A DNA stretch of 64,000 nucleotides from a virus, in IMG/VR virus record IMGVR_UViG_3300033121_002167, positions 1 through 64,000 of that record. One strand, written 5' to 3'. A program made the translations under genes and the position numbers. Below the pieces are notes generated by a model, which made no database searches, was not told the origin of the DNA, and saw only the letters and a list, made by a program, of their open reading frames with translations. This document shows positions 1-9,115 of the stretch, piece after piece (the stretch's first letter is position 1; the number at the start of each line of letters is the position of its first letter).

Positions 1-756
1 ATGTCAATCAATGTTGGGATCAAAGGCCTGAAGCGTGGGACGAACATCATGGACGTCAAGGTCCCGGATGCCCTGCGCCGGCGTGTGAAGACGGGCGTCA
101 CCTGGTTCGACGATGCGGTGGGCGGTGAGGGATTCGTGCCTTCCTCGGTGATGATGCTGACGGGTACGCCGGGTGCTGGGAAGACCACGATGCTGCTGCA
201 GGTTGCAGATTCCATCACGAAGTCCGGTCACATCTGCCTGTACAACACGGGCGAGGAATCCCTGCACCAGGTCCGCATGGTCACCGAGCGCCTCAACCTG
301 AAGCACGGCTTCGTCTGCGGTCAGGACATCATGGTGCCGGATCTCCTGGCCCATGCTGATGAACTGCGCAAGGCTCACAAGGGCAAGCAGGTCTTCATCC
401 TCCAGGACTCCTTGCAGACCCTGGACGACGGGAAGTACTCCAACGGGACGAACGGGACTACGCCGCTCCGTGCAACTGAGATGCTGACCGAGTGGGCCAA
501 GGCGACTTACGGGTGCGTGGTCTTCATCGGCCAGGTGAACAAGGACGGCGAGTTCTCTGGGAAGAACGGCATCCTCCACGCCATCGACGTCCGAGGAAAG
601 CTTTACATCGACCAGCAGGAGAAGTCTCCCTCTTACGGGCAGCGCATCTTCGAGGTGACAAAGAATAGGTTTGGATGTTCCGGTCGGGGTTACGTCCTTG
701 GCTACAATAAGGAAGGACTGCACGAGATGGGTCAGATCAACGTCTTTGAGTTATGA
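1..756 (+). CDS. RecA-superfamily ATPase (RadA/Sms- or DnaB-C-terminal-like); may extend upstream of window
   Basis: P-loop GTPGAGKTT preceded by TGVTWFDDAVGGEGFVPSSV (resembles RadA 'TGIxELDRVLGGGLVPGS..GxPGIGKST'); later FIGQVNKDGEFSG typical of RecA-fold strand; ORF starts at nt 1. Confidence 0.5.
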   Translation: MSINVGIKGLKRGTNIMDVKVPDALRRRVKTGVTWFDDAVGGEGFVPSSVMMLTGTPGAGKTTMLLQVADSITKSGHICLYNTGEESLHQVRMVTERLNLKHGFVCGQDIMVPDLLAHADELRKAHKGKQVFILQDSLQTLDDGKYSNGTNGTTPLRATEMLTEWAKATYGCVVFIGQVNKDGEFSGKNGILHAIDVRGKLYIDQQEKSPSYGQRIFEVTKNRFGCSGRGYVLGYNKEGLHEMGQINVFEL

Positions 757-1428
757 ACTACCCACTGGATTAGTAATCTTCAACGCCAGGTCTTCAACGG
801 ACCTGGCGTTTCGTGCTTCTACATCAGTGATTCTGATCAATCTTTTTCCTTGATCTGCAAACCACAGATCTTGAGCTCGATCACGAAGAACAGCGCCCGG
901 TTTTGAATGCCAGTATACGCCGTCGAATTGAAGCCAAACATCATGAACAGGTGACCAAGCATCGATCCACCAACCGTTGATGTATACTTGCGTCTCTAGT
1001 TTATAACCCAAGGCCCCGGCCAGGGCATCAAAGAACTTGATCTCAGCTTTAGATCGTGTCAAAAACAGCCCACGTCTTAGCTGAACTGTTGTGCTCTTCA
1101 AAGATTCTCTGACGGCGGCCCGCCGCCGGGCTTCTGCTTCAGGCGTGTGAGATCTCGCTGCGTTTTGAGCAAGAATTTGAGGCGTGATGATGAAGTAAGG
1201 AACACCATATTTTTCGACGCTAGTTTTCTTTCGCGAGGCATCAGCGATACCACCTTTACGTAGAGCGCTCGCAGCGCAGCCAGATGAACAATATTGTCGT
1301 GGTCGCGACATGAGCATCCTTACATTCTTGTTACGAACAAATTCAACATTGCATTGATCGCACTTCATGCGTAGATGTTGAACTTTTGCTTCAACAAACT
1401 TCTCGATCACCAGGTGTATAATATACAT
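751..1428 (-). CDS. putative homing-type endonuclease (N-terminal C4 zinc ribbon; C-terminal Vsr/DUF559-like 'FDGVYWH' PD-(D/E)xK region)
   Basis: CDQC...CSSGC zinc ribbon; C-terminus WLQFDGVYWHSKP...KRLIRITDVE shared with 62945..63925 paralog; lower GC than surroundings. Confidence 0.4.
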   Translation of the reverse strand: MYIIHLVIEKFVEAKVQHLRMKCDQCNVEFVRNKNVRMLMSRPRQYCSSGCAASALRKGGIADASRKKTSVEKYGVPYFIITPQILAQNAARSHTPEAEARRRAAVRESLKSTTVQLRRGLFLTRSKAEIKFFDALAGALGYKLETQVYINGWWIDAWSPVHDVWLQFDGVYWHSKPGAVLRDRAQDLWFADQGKRLIRITDVEARNARSVEDLALKITNPVGSS

Positions 1429-2070
1429 TAAACGAGTTACAATGAAACCATGAGTGACCCGTGATCTCTCGGGCAGAGGGGCAATAATCTCAGGAGAGTC
1501 TGGGGCTTAAACCACCCGAGCCGCCATGCGCGCGTCCCTGTTCGACTCAGGGTTGCTCCACAGGTTGATGAGCCCAGCTCATCACTCCACCGGGTGACGC
1601 GCATGCGTCAATCCACAAGTTTCCACACATGCTTTTCATCCCCACAACTGACGTCCGAGCTGGCGCACTCATCCAGTGGGCCTCTTCGCTGTACGTTGTC
1701 TTGTGCATCAGTAAAGTTCCCAATCCCACGCTGAGGGACGACTTCTGGTACAAAGTCACGATGCTTGAGCATTCCTGGCACTCCCCCATGAGCCGGCTCA
1801 ACTGGATCGAAGTCCAGGAGAACCACCTGTGGCCTGTGTGCGACGACATTGAGAAGTTCAAGCGTGAGTTCGGTGATTCAGTCACTCCCTTCATACTCGC
1901 ACAATCGTTCCAAGGTTGACGACGCCAGTGACAGTCATGGTGATCGGCATCTGGGCTCACGAGAGCAACGTTTATTGGAGGAGGGTCAGATTCTTCTGCG
2001 CGGAAGAGCAGAGATTCTGGGATACTGTCAGTGAAGTCGACGAGCAGTACTACTACGCAACGATGCTATT

Positions 2071-2295
2071 ATGGTGTACGTAAAAGATCTTCAACCGGGA
2101 ACGTTGCTCCTGTGGGACAAGGAAGGCTGGAGACCCGGCGGCGGTCGCAAGGCGATGGTCATGGTGATCTGGAAGACGATGAAGCACGACGATGGTGAAT
2201 TGCTCGACATTGGGTTCATGAGCTTGGAAACTTTTAAGGTCTGGAAGAGCTACCCGACCCATGATGACACGTACGATTCATTGACCGCCTTTTAG
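2071..2295 (+). CDS. small protein, possible outlying member of GDL-motif family
   Basis: N-terminal 'LQPGTLLLW' resembles family G-D-L-V motif; 74 aa. Confidence 0.25.
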   Translation: MVYVKDLQPGTLLLWDKEGWRPGGGRKAMVMVIWKTMKHDDGELLDIGFMSLETFKVWKSYPTHDDTYDSLTAF

Positions 2296-2367
2296 GCCCG
2301 TGAGCCTCACAGAGAATTCACACAATTCGAGGGTGGAAAACCACTCTCAATTTAATTCGAATATTCT

Positions 2368-3309
2368 GTGCAAACCCTCGAAGAAACGTGGTACAATAAA
2401 CCTATGGACGAGACGAACCCTCTCACCGACCAGGTCAATGCACTCGTTGCTTCGGCATCTGCTCTTCCCCCGCCGGCTCTCCCTGCGGACGCTGATGAAG
2501 ACTGGGGTCTTGCTGGCCGCGATCCGGACGCTGCGTGGGCGGACCGCAATGCCCGGAAGCCAGACATCTCTCACCTGAAGCCTGCGCTTGTGGTGGTGGA
2601 CGGTGCTCCCCTCCCGCTCTTTAACATCGGTGACAAGATCGTCATCGAGCGCTATGCTTCTGTCCTGGCAGCGCGTCCGTGGCTCGATACCCTGACGTAC
2701 ACGGTGGAGAGCATCGATGACGAGACTGGTGTGGTGAGTCTCTGGAACGAAGACCTGAAGCAGCATGCCCTGGGCAACTACATCACCGGCCCGAAGAAGG
2801 GTGACGTGTACTGCCTGGCCATCGCCAAGGAGACCATCGGCAAGAAGAAGCGTGGCCGACCGCGAGTTCGACCGTTGCCGCCGGAGGGTGAGCCCAAGCC
2901 TGTCCGCAAGGGGAAGCGCGGTCGCCCGCCTGGTTCCAAGAACCGCCCGAAAGATGTCATCGCTGCAGAGCGTGCTGCCAAGGAGAAGCGCGCAGAGGTC
3001 TCTGCTAAGCGGAAGCGTGGTCGACCGCGGAAGGTGAAGTTACCAGTGGCCCGCAAGAGGTGGACGTTCGGAACGCTGGAGCCTGGCGACTTGCTCTTTT
3101 CTGTCCCGGGCTCGATGCTCAACGAGTACTTGCTCGTCGTTGCAACCGTCCGGAATGAGATGCACGGCGCGTGTCACGATATCGTCACAATGTCAATGAT
3201 CAGCATATCCCCCGACGGGATGACACCGTTCACTGTGAACTTGAACGCTGACAGGAATGATTCAGATTTCTCGCTCCTGTTAAATTTGTTACTGGGAGTA
3301 CCTTTTTGA
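2368..3309 (+). CDS. AT-hook DNA-binding protein fused to C-terminal GDL-family domain
   Basis: three AT-hook cores KRGRPRV / KRGRPPG / KRGRPRK in a K/R/P-rich linker; C-terminal 'LEPGDLLFSVPGSMLNEYLLVVATV' matches array family. Confidence 0.5.
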   Translation: MQTLEETWYNKPMDETNPLTDQVNALVASASALPPPALPADADEDWGLAGRDPDAAWADRNARKPDISHLKPALVVVDGAPLPLFNIGDKIVIERYASVLAARPWLDTLTYTVESIDDETGVVSLWNEDLKQHALGNYITGPKKGDVYCLAIAKETIGKKKRGRPRVRPLPPEGEPKPVRKGKRGRPPGSKNRPKDVIAAERAAKEKRAEVSAKRKRGRPRKVKLPVARKRWTFGTLEPGDLLFSVPGSMLNEYLLVVATVRNEMHGACHDIVTMSMISISPDGMTPFTVNLNADRNDSDFSLLLNLLLGVPF

Positions 3310-3319
3310 GGTTGAACAC

Positions 3320-3646
3320 ATGTTTGGCACCATTATCAACGAAACTGATCGAGCTCGTCTGAAAAAGGCTGGGCTGATGAATTGGCGCGACGTTGCAAAA
3401 GACCTTGTCCCGGGCGATCTTCTTTTCTTCTCCGGACCGGTCTCGACAGCTGCGCCCGGGGTGGTGCAGTATCATACGATGGGTCTTGTGATCTGCAATT
3501 TCGCACGGCCTTGGGATGGCAGCGGTCCTCAACATGGCACCGTGACGTTCATCATCTATTCTTCTACGTACGGCAGGCTCTCCGGGAAGCACGTGTCTAG
3601 AGAATGGAATAAAGGTGACATCAATGAGTACGTTCGAGTTAACTGA
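3320..3646 (+). CDS. GDL-family small protein (array member, N-extended)
   Basis: internal 'DLVPGDLLFFSGP' + central 'LVICNF' strand. Confidence 0.45.
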   Translation: MFGTIINETDRARLKKAGLMNWRDVAKDLVPGDLLFFSGPVSTAAPGVVQYHTMGLVICNFARPWDGSGPQHGTVTFIIYSSTYGRLSGKHVSREWNKGDINEYVRVN

Positions 3647-3895
3647 ATGAAGCTGATGAATCCGAAGTACCTCACATGGCGCGAGATTGGTGATCTTGCC
3701 GTCGGTGACCTGGTCATCTGGCACACCATCGATCGCGATATCTCGTACGAGATCGGACCGCACGTGGAGCTCATCGTGGGCCGGACAGTAGGTGACAGGG
3801 GCATCGAGCTCCTCATGTGGCGAGCTGCGACGGGTCACATGTGGTCAGCCCGTGAGACAGGGACGTTTGAAGATCGGGTGAACAAGGTATCATGA
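3647..3895 (+). CDS. GDL-family small protein (array member)
   Basis: 'AVGDLVIWH', 'ELIVGRT', ATGA coupling with neighbours. Confidence 0.5.
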   Translation: MKLMNPKYLTWREIGDLAVGDLVIWHTIDRDISYEIGPHVELIVGRTVGDRGIELLMWRAATGHMWSARETGTFEDRVNKVS

Positions 3896-4125
3896 TCATG
3901 AAGAACTTGAAGCACGGAGAAGTAAGACCTGGAGACATCTTGGTCTGGGCAACTGACCCTGTCGACGACGACCGCCCGCGCTACGACTTGGTAGTCTCAG
4001 TCCACGTAACTGGTGAATTCGTTTACTACTGGTGTTTTGAGTTGAGCAGCTTGGAAATATGGTCTTCGCAGAGCGCCTACAAGCGCACGCCGCTCACACC
4101 CGACGTTCTCAGGGTTGAGCCATGA
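3892..4125 (+). CDS. GDL-family small protein (array member)
   Basis: 'RPGDILVWA', overlaps neighbours by 4 nt. Confidence 0.5.
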   Translation: MIMKNLKHGEVRPGDILVWATDPVDDDRPRYDLVVSVHVTGEFVYYWCFELSSLEIWSSQSAYKRTPLTPDVLRVEP

Positions 4126-4382
4126 AGGGGCGGGGCGGCTGGCCGTTCATCGATCTTCTGCTACAAGTACCTTTGGCACGCATGGTGCCGGGAGACATCA
4201 TCGTCTTCAGAACCGCGTTTCCAGATCTCCTCATCTACAAGAGCGAACCGCAAGGTGTTAGGCACAAAGACATCACGATCGTCTTCTACCACGATGTCGT
4301 CTTCTACCACGATGGGCAGCTGAAGACGTTCCGCGTGACAACTGAAGCGCGGCTGACTTACATGGTGAAGTGCTCCAAGTGA
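4122..4382 (+). CDS. GDL-family small protein (array member)
   Basis: 'VPGDIIVFR'. Confidence 0.5.
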   Translation: MKGRGGWPFIDLLLQVPLARMVPGDIIVFRTAFPDLLIYKSEPQGVRHKDITIVFYHDVVFYHDGQLKTFRVTTEARLTYMVKCSK

Positions 4383-4492
4383 AATATGAGGATCAAGAAT
4401 GGCGGTCGAGCGGCGGTGGAGCGCGGCCCGGAGACTCTTGCGAGAGCCAAATTCATCGCTGTGAGCATATTCCCACCCAGTGCACACAACCC

Positions 4493-4771
4493 ATGAAATC
4501 CAAGATGAAGGCAGATAACACAGCGATGCGCGGTGATGAACCGGGTGTCCATCGAGCGGCGGTCCAGCTCGAGCCGGGAGACGTCTGGTACGACACAGAT
4601 CATCCAAGCGTCTACATCCTCCTGTCGACATCACCGTGGACCTTCCTCATCGTTGACGGCGGGAGGCTAGAACCGGTCCTGTGGTCGCCGCAGCTTCTTC
4701 CTGGAGAGGGTGAGGGTTACATCCGGACGCTGTTCATCGATGTTGTCTTCGTGCCGGGGAGAGATCGATGA
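4493..4771 (+). CDS. GDL-family small protein (array member; start uncertain)
   Basis: 'LEPGDVWYD'; shares ~26-bp direct repeat (ILLSTSPWTF codons) with next gene. Confidence 0.35.
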   Translation: MKSKMKADNTAMRGDEPGVHRAAVQLEPGDVWYDTDHPSVYILLSTSPWTFLIVDGGRLEPVLWSPQLLPGEGEGYIRTLFIDVVFVPGRDR

Positions 4772-5037
4772 CATCCCTAACCCCAGGAGCCACGTGGCTA
4801 GAGAAAGCCTACGATGGGCACTCAGAACCGCACTTCGTGATGTTCATCCTCCTGTCGACATCACCGTGGACATTCTTGGTCTCCAGCAAGATCGGTCAAC
4901 CAGAGGTATGGGTACTCAGTGGTCCGGATACAGAGAGTCACATCCTCTACCTCTTCGAGCACTCTGAAAAATTGGGTGAGAAATTGATCACCGCGATGAA
5001 TGCGTTAGTGCCATTCCCAGCCACCCTGAAATCGTGA
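4768..5037 (+). CDS. divergent GDL-family member
   Basis: repeat of 'catcctcctgtcgacatcaccgtggac' from previous gene; 89 aa. Confidence 0.35.
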   Translation: MTSLTPGATWLEKAYDGHSEPHFVMFILLSTSPWTFLVSSKIGQPEVWVLSGPDTESHILYLFEHSEKLGEKLITAMNALVPFPATLKS

Positions 5038-5543
5038 TCGCTGTGAGGAATTCCCACGAAAAAAGTCCCCCTCGTGCGTCGCTGTGAGGAAAGTGTCTCT
5101 CCAGAAGTTCAGCCTGCCACGTGACAACCGACAACCTCACAGAGCTGCGCTGCGATGACCCATATCCTCATAGACGACAATTTCGCCGGTGTTCCCAAGG
5201 AAACTGCACAGCAGCCTCACCGCAAGGAATTGCCCTCTGAGGGCATCTGTGACCCGGGCGGCGGAAGCCCTCCAAAGAGCCACTCACGAGAGTGCACTTC
5301 TGTTCTGCTGTGGTATACCATGGAGAGATGGAGGTGGTACCGTGGTAGGTTCGCTGTTTCGCGCCTTGAGTGGCGGTTTCTTGTTCCTCAGCAGCAAGTT
5401 GGAGTGGGAATGGATGCTGCTAGCGGGAACAGATCCGCACGGTGTGTTCATCTGCCTTGGTGAAGATTCTTACGAGGATATCCCGTTGCTCTGGGTATTG
5501 ACACCTTGGTCCACTGTGATGCGCGTTAACTGCGGGAACCTCG

Positions 5544-5843
5544 ATGCAATCCGGTGACTTGTGCTGCACTGTGGGGATGTACTGGGTTGAAGTTGGTCGG
5601 GAGCGCTTCTTTCGACTTGACGTCTACAACCGCCCCAGAACTTCTGGGAAGTGGCCATCTGGGCCTTGCATCTGGTTGTCCCGCGAGACCGTGGGCACCT
5701 CAGCAGGAACTGTTGTCCCGTGCGGGTGGATCATGAAGCCGGATGGTTCTGTCGTTCGGATTCCGATGGAGAGCTTGAGAGAATGTTTAGAGCTGGTGAT
5801 CTTCTCTCCGCGCAGCGTCTGGATACGGCGATCTACTCGTTGA
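5544..5843 (+). CDS. GDL-family small protein (array member)
   Basis: 'MQSGDLCCT', 'IMKPDGSVVRI'. Confidence 0.4.
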   Translation: MQSGDLCCTVGMYWVEVGRERFFRLDVYNRPRTSGKWPSGPCIWLSRETVGTSAGTVVPCGWIMKPDGSVVRIPMESLRECLELVIFSPRSVWIRRSTR

Positions 5844-5989
5844 GGTTGGGCCTTCGCTCGAGGCGCAGTAACTTCACGGTCTTGGTCACCTACGTCTCAC
5901 GGCATCCATGGAATCCGAACTACAGCTACGTTCTCTATTGCGGAGAGCTCGTTGCCATCTATGATAGCGACTTCGTGGTGATCAGATGA
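5783..5989 (+). CDS. GDL-family small protein (array member; internal start of ORF 5651..5989)
   Basis: 'MFRAGDLLSA', 'YVLYCGELVAIY'. Confidence 0.4.
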   Translation: MFRAGDLLSAQRLDTAIYSLRLGLRSRRSNFTVLVTYVSRHPWNPNYSYVLYCGELVAIYDSDFVVIR

Positions 5990-6153
5990 GAGCTGGAGAC
6001 TTGCTGGTTCTCTCCCACCGGACGTTGCATTACCCAATGGGTTACATCTTCATATTTGTCTCCTGCGTGTACGATCAGCTCACCGTCATGGACAATCACG
6101 GGTGCTTCATCTACCTTTGGAAGAACGAGGTGAGGCATGTTCTCCCCCGGTGA
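5986..6153 (+). CDS. GDL-family small protein (55 aa, below ORF-track cutoff)
   Basis: translates MRAGDLLVLSHRTLHYPMGYIFIFVSCVYDQ...; ATGA overlap upstream. Confidence 0.4.
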   Translation: MRAGDLLVLSHRTLHYPMGYIFIFVSCVYDQLTVMDNHGCFIYLWKNEVRHVLPR

Positions 6154-6364
6154 TTTGGTTCGGTTGGATTCTTTCGACGATGTCTTTCCGACAGTTGTCA
6201 GCACCGCACCATTTCGCTGCCGCATGTTTTACCCCACTGGTGAAGACGATGCTGCGGCCGGGGTCGCCGTTGGCACCCTAAAGATCGATGATGACGATTG
6301 CACCATTGTTCTTCACCGGTCCCGCGTTTTGATCACTTACCCTCACCGATGGCGACCACTCTGA
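6137..6364 (+). CDS. GDL-family small protein (array member)
   Basis: 'MFSPGDLVRL'. Confidence 0.5.
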   Translation: MFSPGDLVRLDSFDDVFPTVVSTAPFRCRMFYPTGEDDAAAGVAVGTLKIDDDDCTIVLHRSRVLITYPHRWRPL

Positions 6365-6567
6365 TGGCTTTTAATCGCGGTGATCTGCTCATGCCGAAGT
6401 ACCCAATGATCCAGTACCATGACCCATCGCATGAAAAGTGGCTCGTAGAGCACTTGGGTCCCATGGTCTTCTTGGGTTACCATGAAATTTGGGCTAAACG
6501 TTACATGTACGTCATTGCTGGTGATAAGATCCTCGTGGTTTCTTCTGGAGAGGTGTCACCCCTATGA
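6364..6567 (+). CDS. GDL-family small protein (array member)
   Basis: 'MAFNRGDLLMP','MVFLGYHE'; TGATG overlap. Confidence 0.45.
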   Translation: MAFNRGDLLMPKYPMIQYHDPSHEKWLVEHLGPMVFLGYHEIWAKRYMYVIAGDKILVVSSGEVSPL

Positions 6568-6812
6568 TGACGCTTGGAGACGTTCTTAGAATCCGGCGCA
6601 TCGAGGGCTGTGATTTCACTTACGTTGAGTATGCTGAAGTGCAGCCGGGCAAGTTCTCGGGTCGCATGGTCGATGTAGCTGGTGATTTTCCGCTCATCTA
6701 CCTTGGTGACTGCAACGTCCGGGGTGTCTCGCTGTGCTGGGTGATGTTTCCTTCTGGCCGCGTTTCCCGTGTTCTAGCTTCTGATTTGAAGGTTGTCTCC
6801 AGTGATCGGTGA
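6564..6812 (+). CDS. GDL-family small protein (array member)
   Basis: 'MMTLGDVLRI','LIYLGD','VMFPSGRVSRV'; GGAGAGG SD upstream. Confidence 0.55.
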   Translation: MMTLGDVLRIRRIEGCDFTYVEYAEVQPGKFSGRMVDVAGDFPLIYLGDCNVRGVSLCWVMFPSGRVSRVLASDLKVVSSDR

Positions 6813-7008
6813 TCTTCTAACCGGGAATTACGAAGGGAAGTACGCCCCTGTTTACGATGTTCGTAGGGGCACGTGGGGTACGGAGATAGTTGACCCTCTC
6901 CTCGTGATTGGTTGCTCGGCACGAGATCAAGAGTACGTGTATGGGCTTCTTGGAGAACGGATCGTGATAATCAAGATTGATGATTTTGTGAAGGTTGTCT
7001 CCCGATGA
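6793..7008 (+). CDS. GDL-family small protein (array member)
   Basis: 'VIGDLLTG','LLVIGCS'. Confidence 0.5.
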   Translation: MSPVIGDLLTGNYEGKYAPVYDVRRGTWGTEIVDPLLVIGCSARDQEYVYGLLGERIVIIKIDDFVKVVSR

Positions 7009-7106
7009 GCCGCTTTCCATTTATCCACGGTGATCTTCTTCTACCGATGGGAGATACTTTCACAACTATGAACATGTCAACCCACGTTGGTGTGTTGGGC
7101 ATTTAA
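7005..7106 (+). pseudogene. truncated GDL-family member (premature stop after ~33 codons)
   Basis: MSRFPFIHGDLLLPMGDTFTTMNMSTHVGVLGI* then ~125 nt with no family ORF. Confidence 0.35.
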
Positions 7107-7231
7107 TCGCAACGAACCGCTTATATACGTGAGTTCGTATGTCCCAGCTGGGAACTGTTACCACTTTGCTCTGGTTATAAATGTAGAAGGTTGTGCTGTA
7201 GAGTATTGGTTGAACGAGCTGGAACTGCTGC

Positions 7232-7405
7232 ATGAAGCGTGAACAGTTTAAGTCAGGCGATCTGGTCTATTGGATCCATGATGAAGTTCCGGGCATCAAC
7301 GTGTTCATCTGCACTGCGTCTGACACCGAGCACGTTGCTCTTATCATCCGCCCGACCGGCGATGTTCGCTGGCGTTGGGTTGATGAGCTTCTGGAGATAC
7401 AATGA
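7232..7405 (+). CDS. GDL-family small protein (57 aa, below ORF-track cutoff)
   Basis: MKREQFKSGDLVYWIHDEVPGINVFICTAS... Confidence 0.4.
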   Translation: MKREQFKSGDLVYWIHDEVPGINVFICTASDTEHVALIIRPTGDVRWRWVDELLEIQ

Positions 7406-7632
7406 CGATTCGTGCTGGTGATTTGCTGAGCGCAGTGTACACAACGTACATTGTGCTAGATCGTCACGGCACATGGAATTCAGTCCGGGCATGGGATCCA
7501 GAACGTGGGCATGTGGTCTTCATCTACCTTGCGCAGATGTTCGTTGGCAACATCAGAGCGTACCTGGTTCTGACATCGCATGGGCAAGTAGCAACGGTAG
7601 CAAGGAGCGATCTGAAGATTGATGAAACATAA
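7402..7632 (+). CDS. GDL-family small protein (array member)
   Basis: 'MTIRAGDLLSA','VVFIYLAQ'. Confidence 0.5.
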   Translation: MTIRAGDLLSAVYTTYIVLDRHGTWNSVRAWDPERGHVVFIYLAQMFVGNIRAYLVLTSHGQVATVARSDLKIDET

Positions 7633-7807
7633 TTTTGTCACAGGTGATCTTGTCACCATTTCTCTTGCATGGGACCGTGAGATCTATGTTTACTTGGCCG
7701 GTGTGATGTACGAAGTGGCAAAGGTCGCAATTCTTATGGGGTCGAACGGGAACATCAAAAGGTTCTACGAAAGCGACGTACAACCGCTTTGTAGGAGTCC
7801 ACTATGA
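7619..7807 (+). CDS. GDL-family small protein (array member)
   Basis: 'FVTGDLVTI','IYVYLAG'. Confidence 0.5.
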   Translation: MMKHNFVTGDLVTISLAWDREIYVYLAGVMYEVAKVAILMGSNGNIKRFYESDVQPLCRSPL

Positions 7808-8049
7808 AAGCTGGTGTTCTGGTCGTTCCCACGTTCAAGAGAATTTCAATGAATCCGCACGAGGCAGATCACTTCCTCAAAGTGAGGCAATCAAAGATTG
7901 CAGATGATTTCGCCGTAAACTTCTGCGTTGCTGTATACGTAAACAGCTTCAAAGTTGACGGTTTGCAGTACGTGTGGATCTTGCTACCAGACGGTCGTGT
8001 TATCTCTACGTACGCCGGCTCCGTTAAAGAGCTGCAGTGGGTTGAATGA
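7804..8049 (+). CDS. GDL-family small protein (array member)
   Basis: 'MKAGVLVVP','YVWILLPDGRVIS'. Confidence 0.5.
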   Translation: MKAGVLVVPTFKRISMNPHEADHFLKVRQSKIADDFAVNFCVAVYVNSFKVDGLQYVWILLPDGRVISTYAGSVKELQWVE

Positions 8050-8273
8050 ATATCGAACCTGGAGATCTTGTCTGCTCGAAGAGCAAGTTCATATCAACCT
8101 GCAATCCGATATCTGGTTATTACCTGGGTCAGTGCTTGGTTGACGATGAAGTGTTGCTGTGCGTCGGTGTTTTCATTATCGAGCCTACCCAGTTTCGTCG
8201 CAATCGCATACTGATCATGCGCGAAACTGGTGAGCTGGTTGTTACGTACGTCGACAACGTGTTTTTCATCTGA
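8046..8273 (+). CDS. GDL-family small protein (array member)
   Basis: 'MNIEPGDLVCS','VLLCVGV'. Confidence 0.5.
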   Translation: MNIEPGDLVCSKSKFISTCNPISGYYLGQCLVDDEVLLCVGVFIIEPTQFRRNRILIMRETGELVVTYVDNVFFI

Positions 8274-8285
8274 TGAGGTGTCGCT

Positions 8286-8447
8286 ATGAAAGTTGGTGAC
8301 TTGGTTGTCCCACGAAAAAATTATTTGCCAGAAGCGTGCATCATCATAGGGTTTGGTCAGCTCAAGTCAGGAGCGACTTGGGCTTGGGTCTTGCTGTTCA
8401 GCGGACGCGTCAACAGATACTACGTTGGTGCACTAGAGCTGCTATGA
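8286..8447 (+). CDS. GDL-family small protein (53 aa, below ORF-track cutoff)
   Basis: MKVGDLVVPRKNYLPEACIIIGFGQLKSGATWAWVLLFSGRVNRYYVGALELL*. Confidence 0.4.
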   Translation: MKVGDLVVPRKNYLPEACIIIGFGQLKSGATWAWVLLFSGRVNRYYVGALELL

Positions 8448-8662
8448 AGATCGGCGATCTGGTCTGCAGCGACTCGAGAGATCTGTACGTCCTCACGTTG
8501 AAAGCACCCTATGAATATGGTCTTCACGGCTTCGAAGTTCCCGGTTCTGGACCTTTCGTGTACGTTGGTATTAGCGGTCGTGGCAACGGAAGCTTGGTTC
8601 TTATCTTGCTTCCGTCTGGTGTCTTGGTAGAAGTTCATCCATCAAGACTAAGGCCTTTGTAA
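8444..8662 (+). CDS. GDL-family small protein (array member; internal start of ORF 8336..8662)
   Basis: 'MKIGDLVCS','FVYVGIS','LILLPSGVLVEV'. Confidence 0.5.
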   Translation: MKIGDLVCSDSRDLYVLTLKAPYEYGLHGFEVPGSGPFVYVGISGRGNGSLVLILLPSGVLVEVHPSRLRPL

Positions 8663-8702
8663 CGCTGTGCACTGGTGCCACAAAATGGGTTACAATTGTT
8701 AG

Positions 8703-8951
8703 ATGGCAGTGACACTTCCGGGTGACATGGTGATTCTACAATCGCATGGAAGTACGTACGTGACGACCATTTCACTGCATGAGGACGGCGCGCGGCTCGT
8801 GTATAAAGATTTCAAGCCCACAGATGAAGAATGCCGAGCAGCTGGCACTTTTCTTGGCACGGTCACGTGGGATGATTGTAACCTCGCAGTCGTATTGTTC
8901 CGCGGTGAGATCTGGGTCTCTTTCCCGCACCAGTTCAAGGTTGTCAAGTGA
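8703..8951 (+). CDS. GDL-family small protein (array member)
   Basis: 'TLPGDMVIL','AVVLFRGEI'. Confidence 0.5.
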   Translation: MAVTLPGDMVILQSHGSTYVTTISLHEDGARLVYKDFKPTDEECRAAGTFLGTVTWDDCNLAVVLFRGEIWVSFPHQFKVVK

Positions 8952-9115
8952 GCGATTCATTTCGTAGCGGTGACTTGGTTAACTGGGCCGCCCAGCACAC
9001 CGTGTACATCTACTTGTGTCGTTGTGATCCGGATTCTGCATTCGCTTACGTTATAGCACCGAATGGGCAGATTGATTGGTTCTACGTCTGTGATCTGAAG
9101 CACGCGGAGCAATGA
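8948..9115 (+). CDS. GDL-family small protein (GTG start, 55 aa)
   Basis: (V)SDSFRSGDLVNWAAQHTVYIYLCR...APNGQIDWFYV. Confidence 0.35.
   Translation: MSDSFRSGDLVNWAAQHTVYIYLCRCDPDSAFAYVIAPNGQIDWFYVCDLKHAEQ

Noticed and set aside
4-723. 239-aa minus-strand ORF
   Set aside because: Antisense to the RecA-like gene, with Arg/Leu-rich shadow composition.
1429-1546. Non-coding gap examined for a tRNA or small RNA
   Set aside because: I could not fold a convincing cloverleaf by eye and found no GTTC-type T-loop with matching acceptor stem. Left unannotated; tRNAscan-SE would decide.
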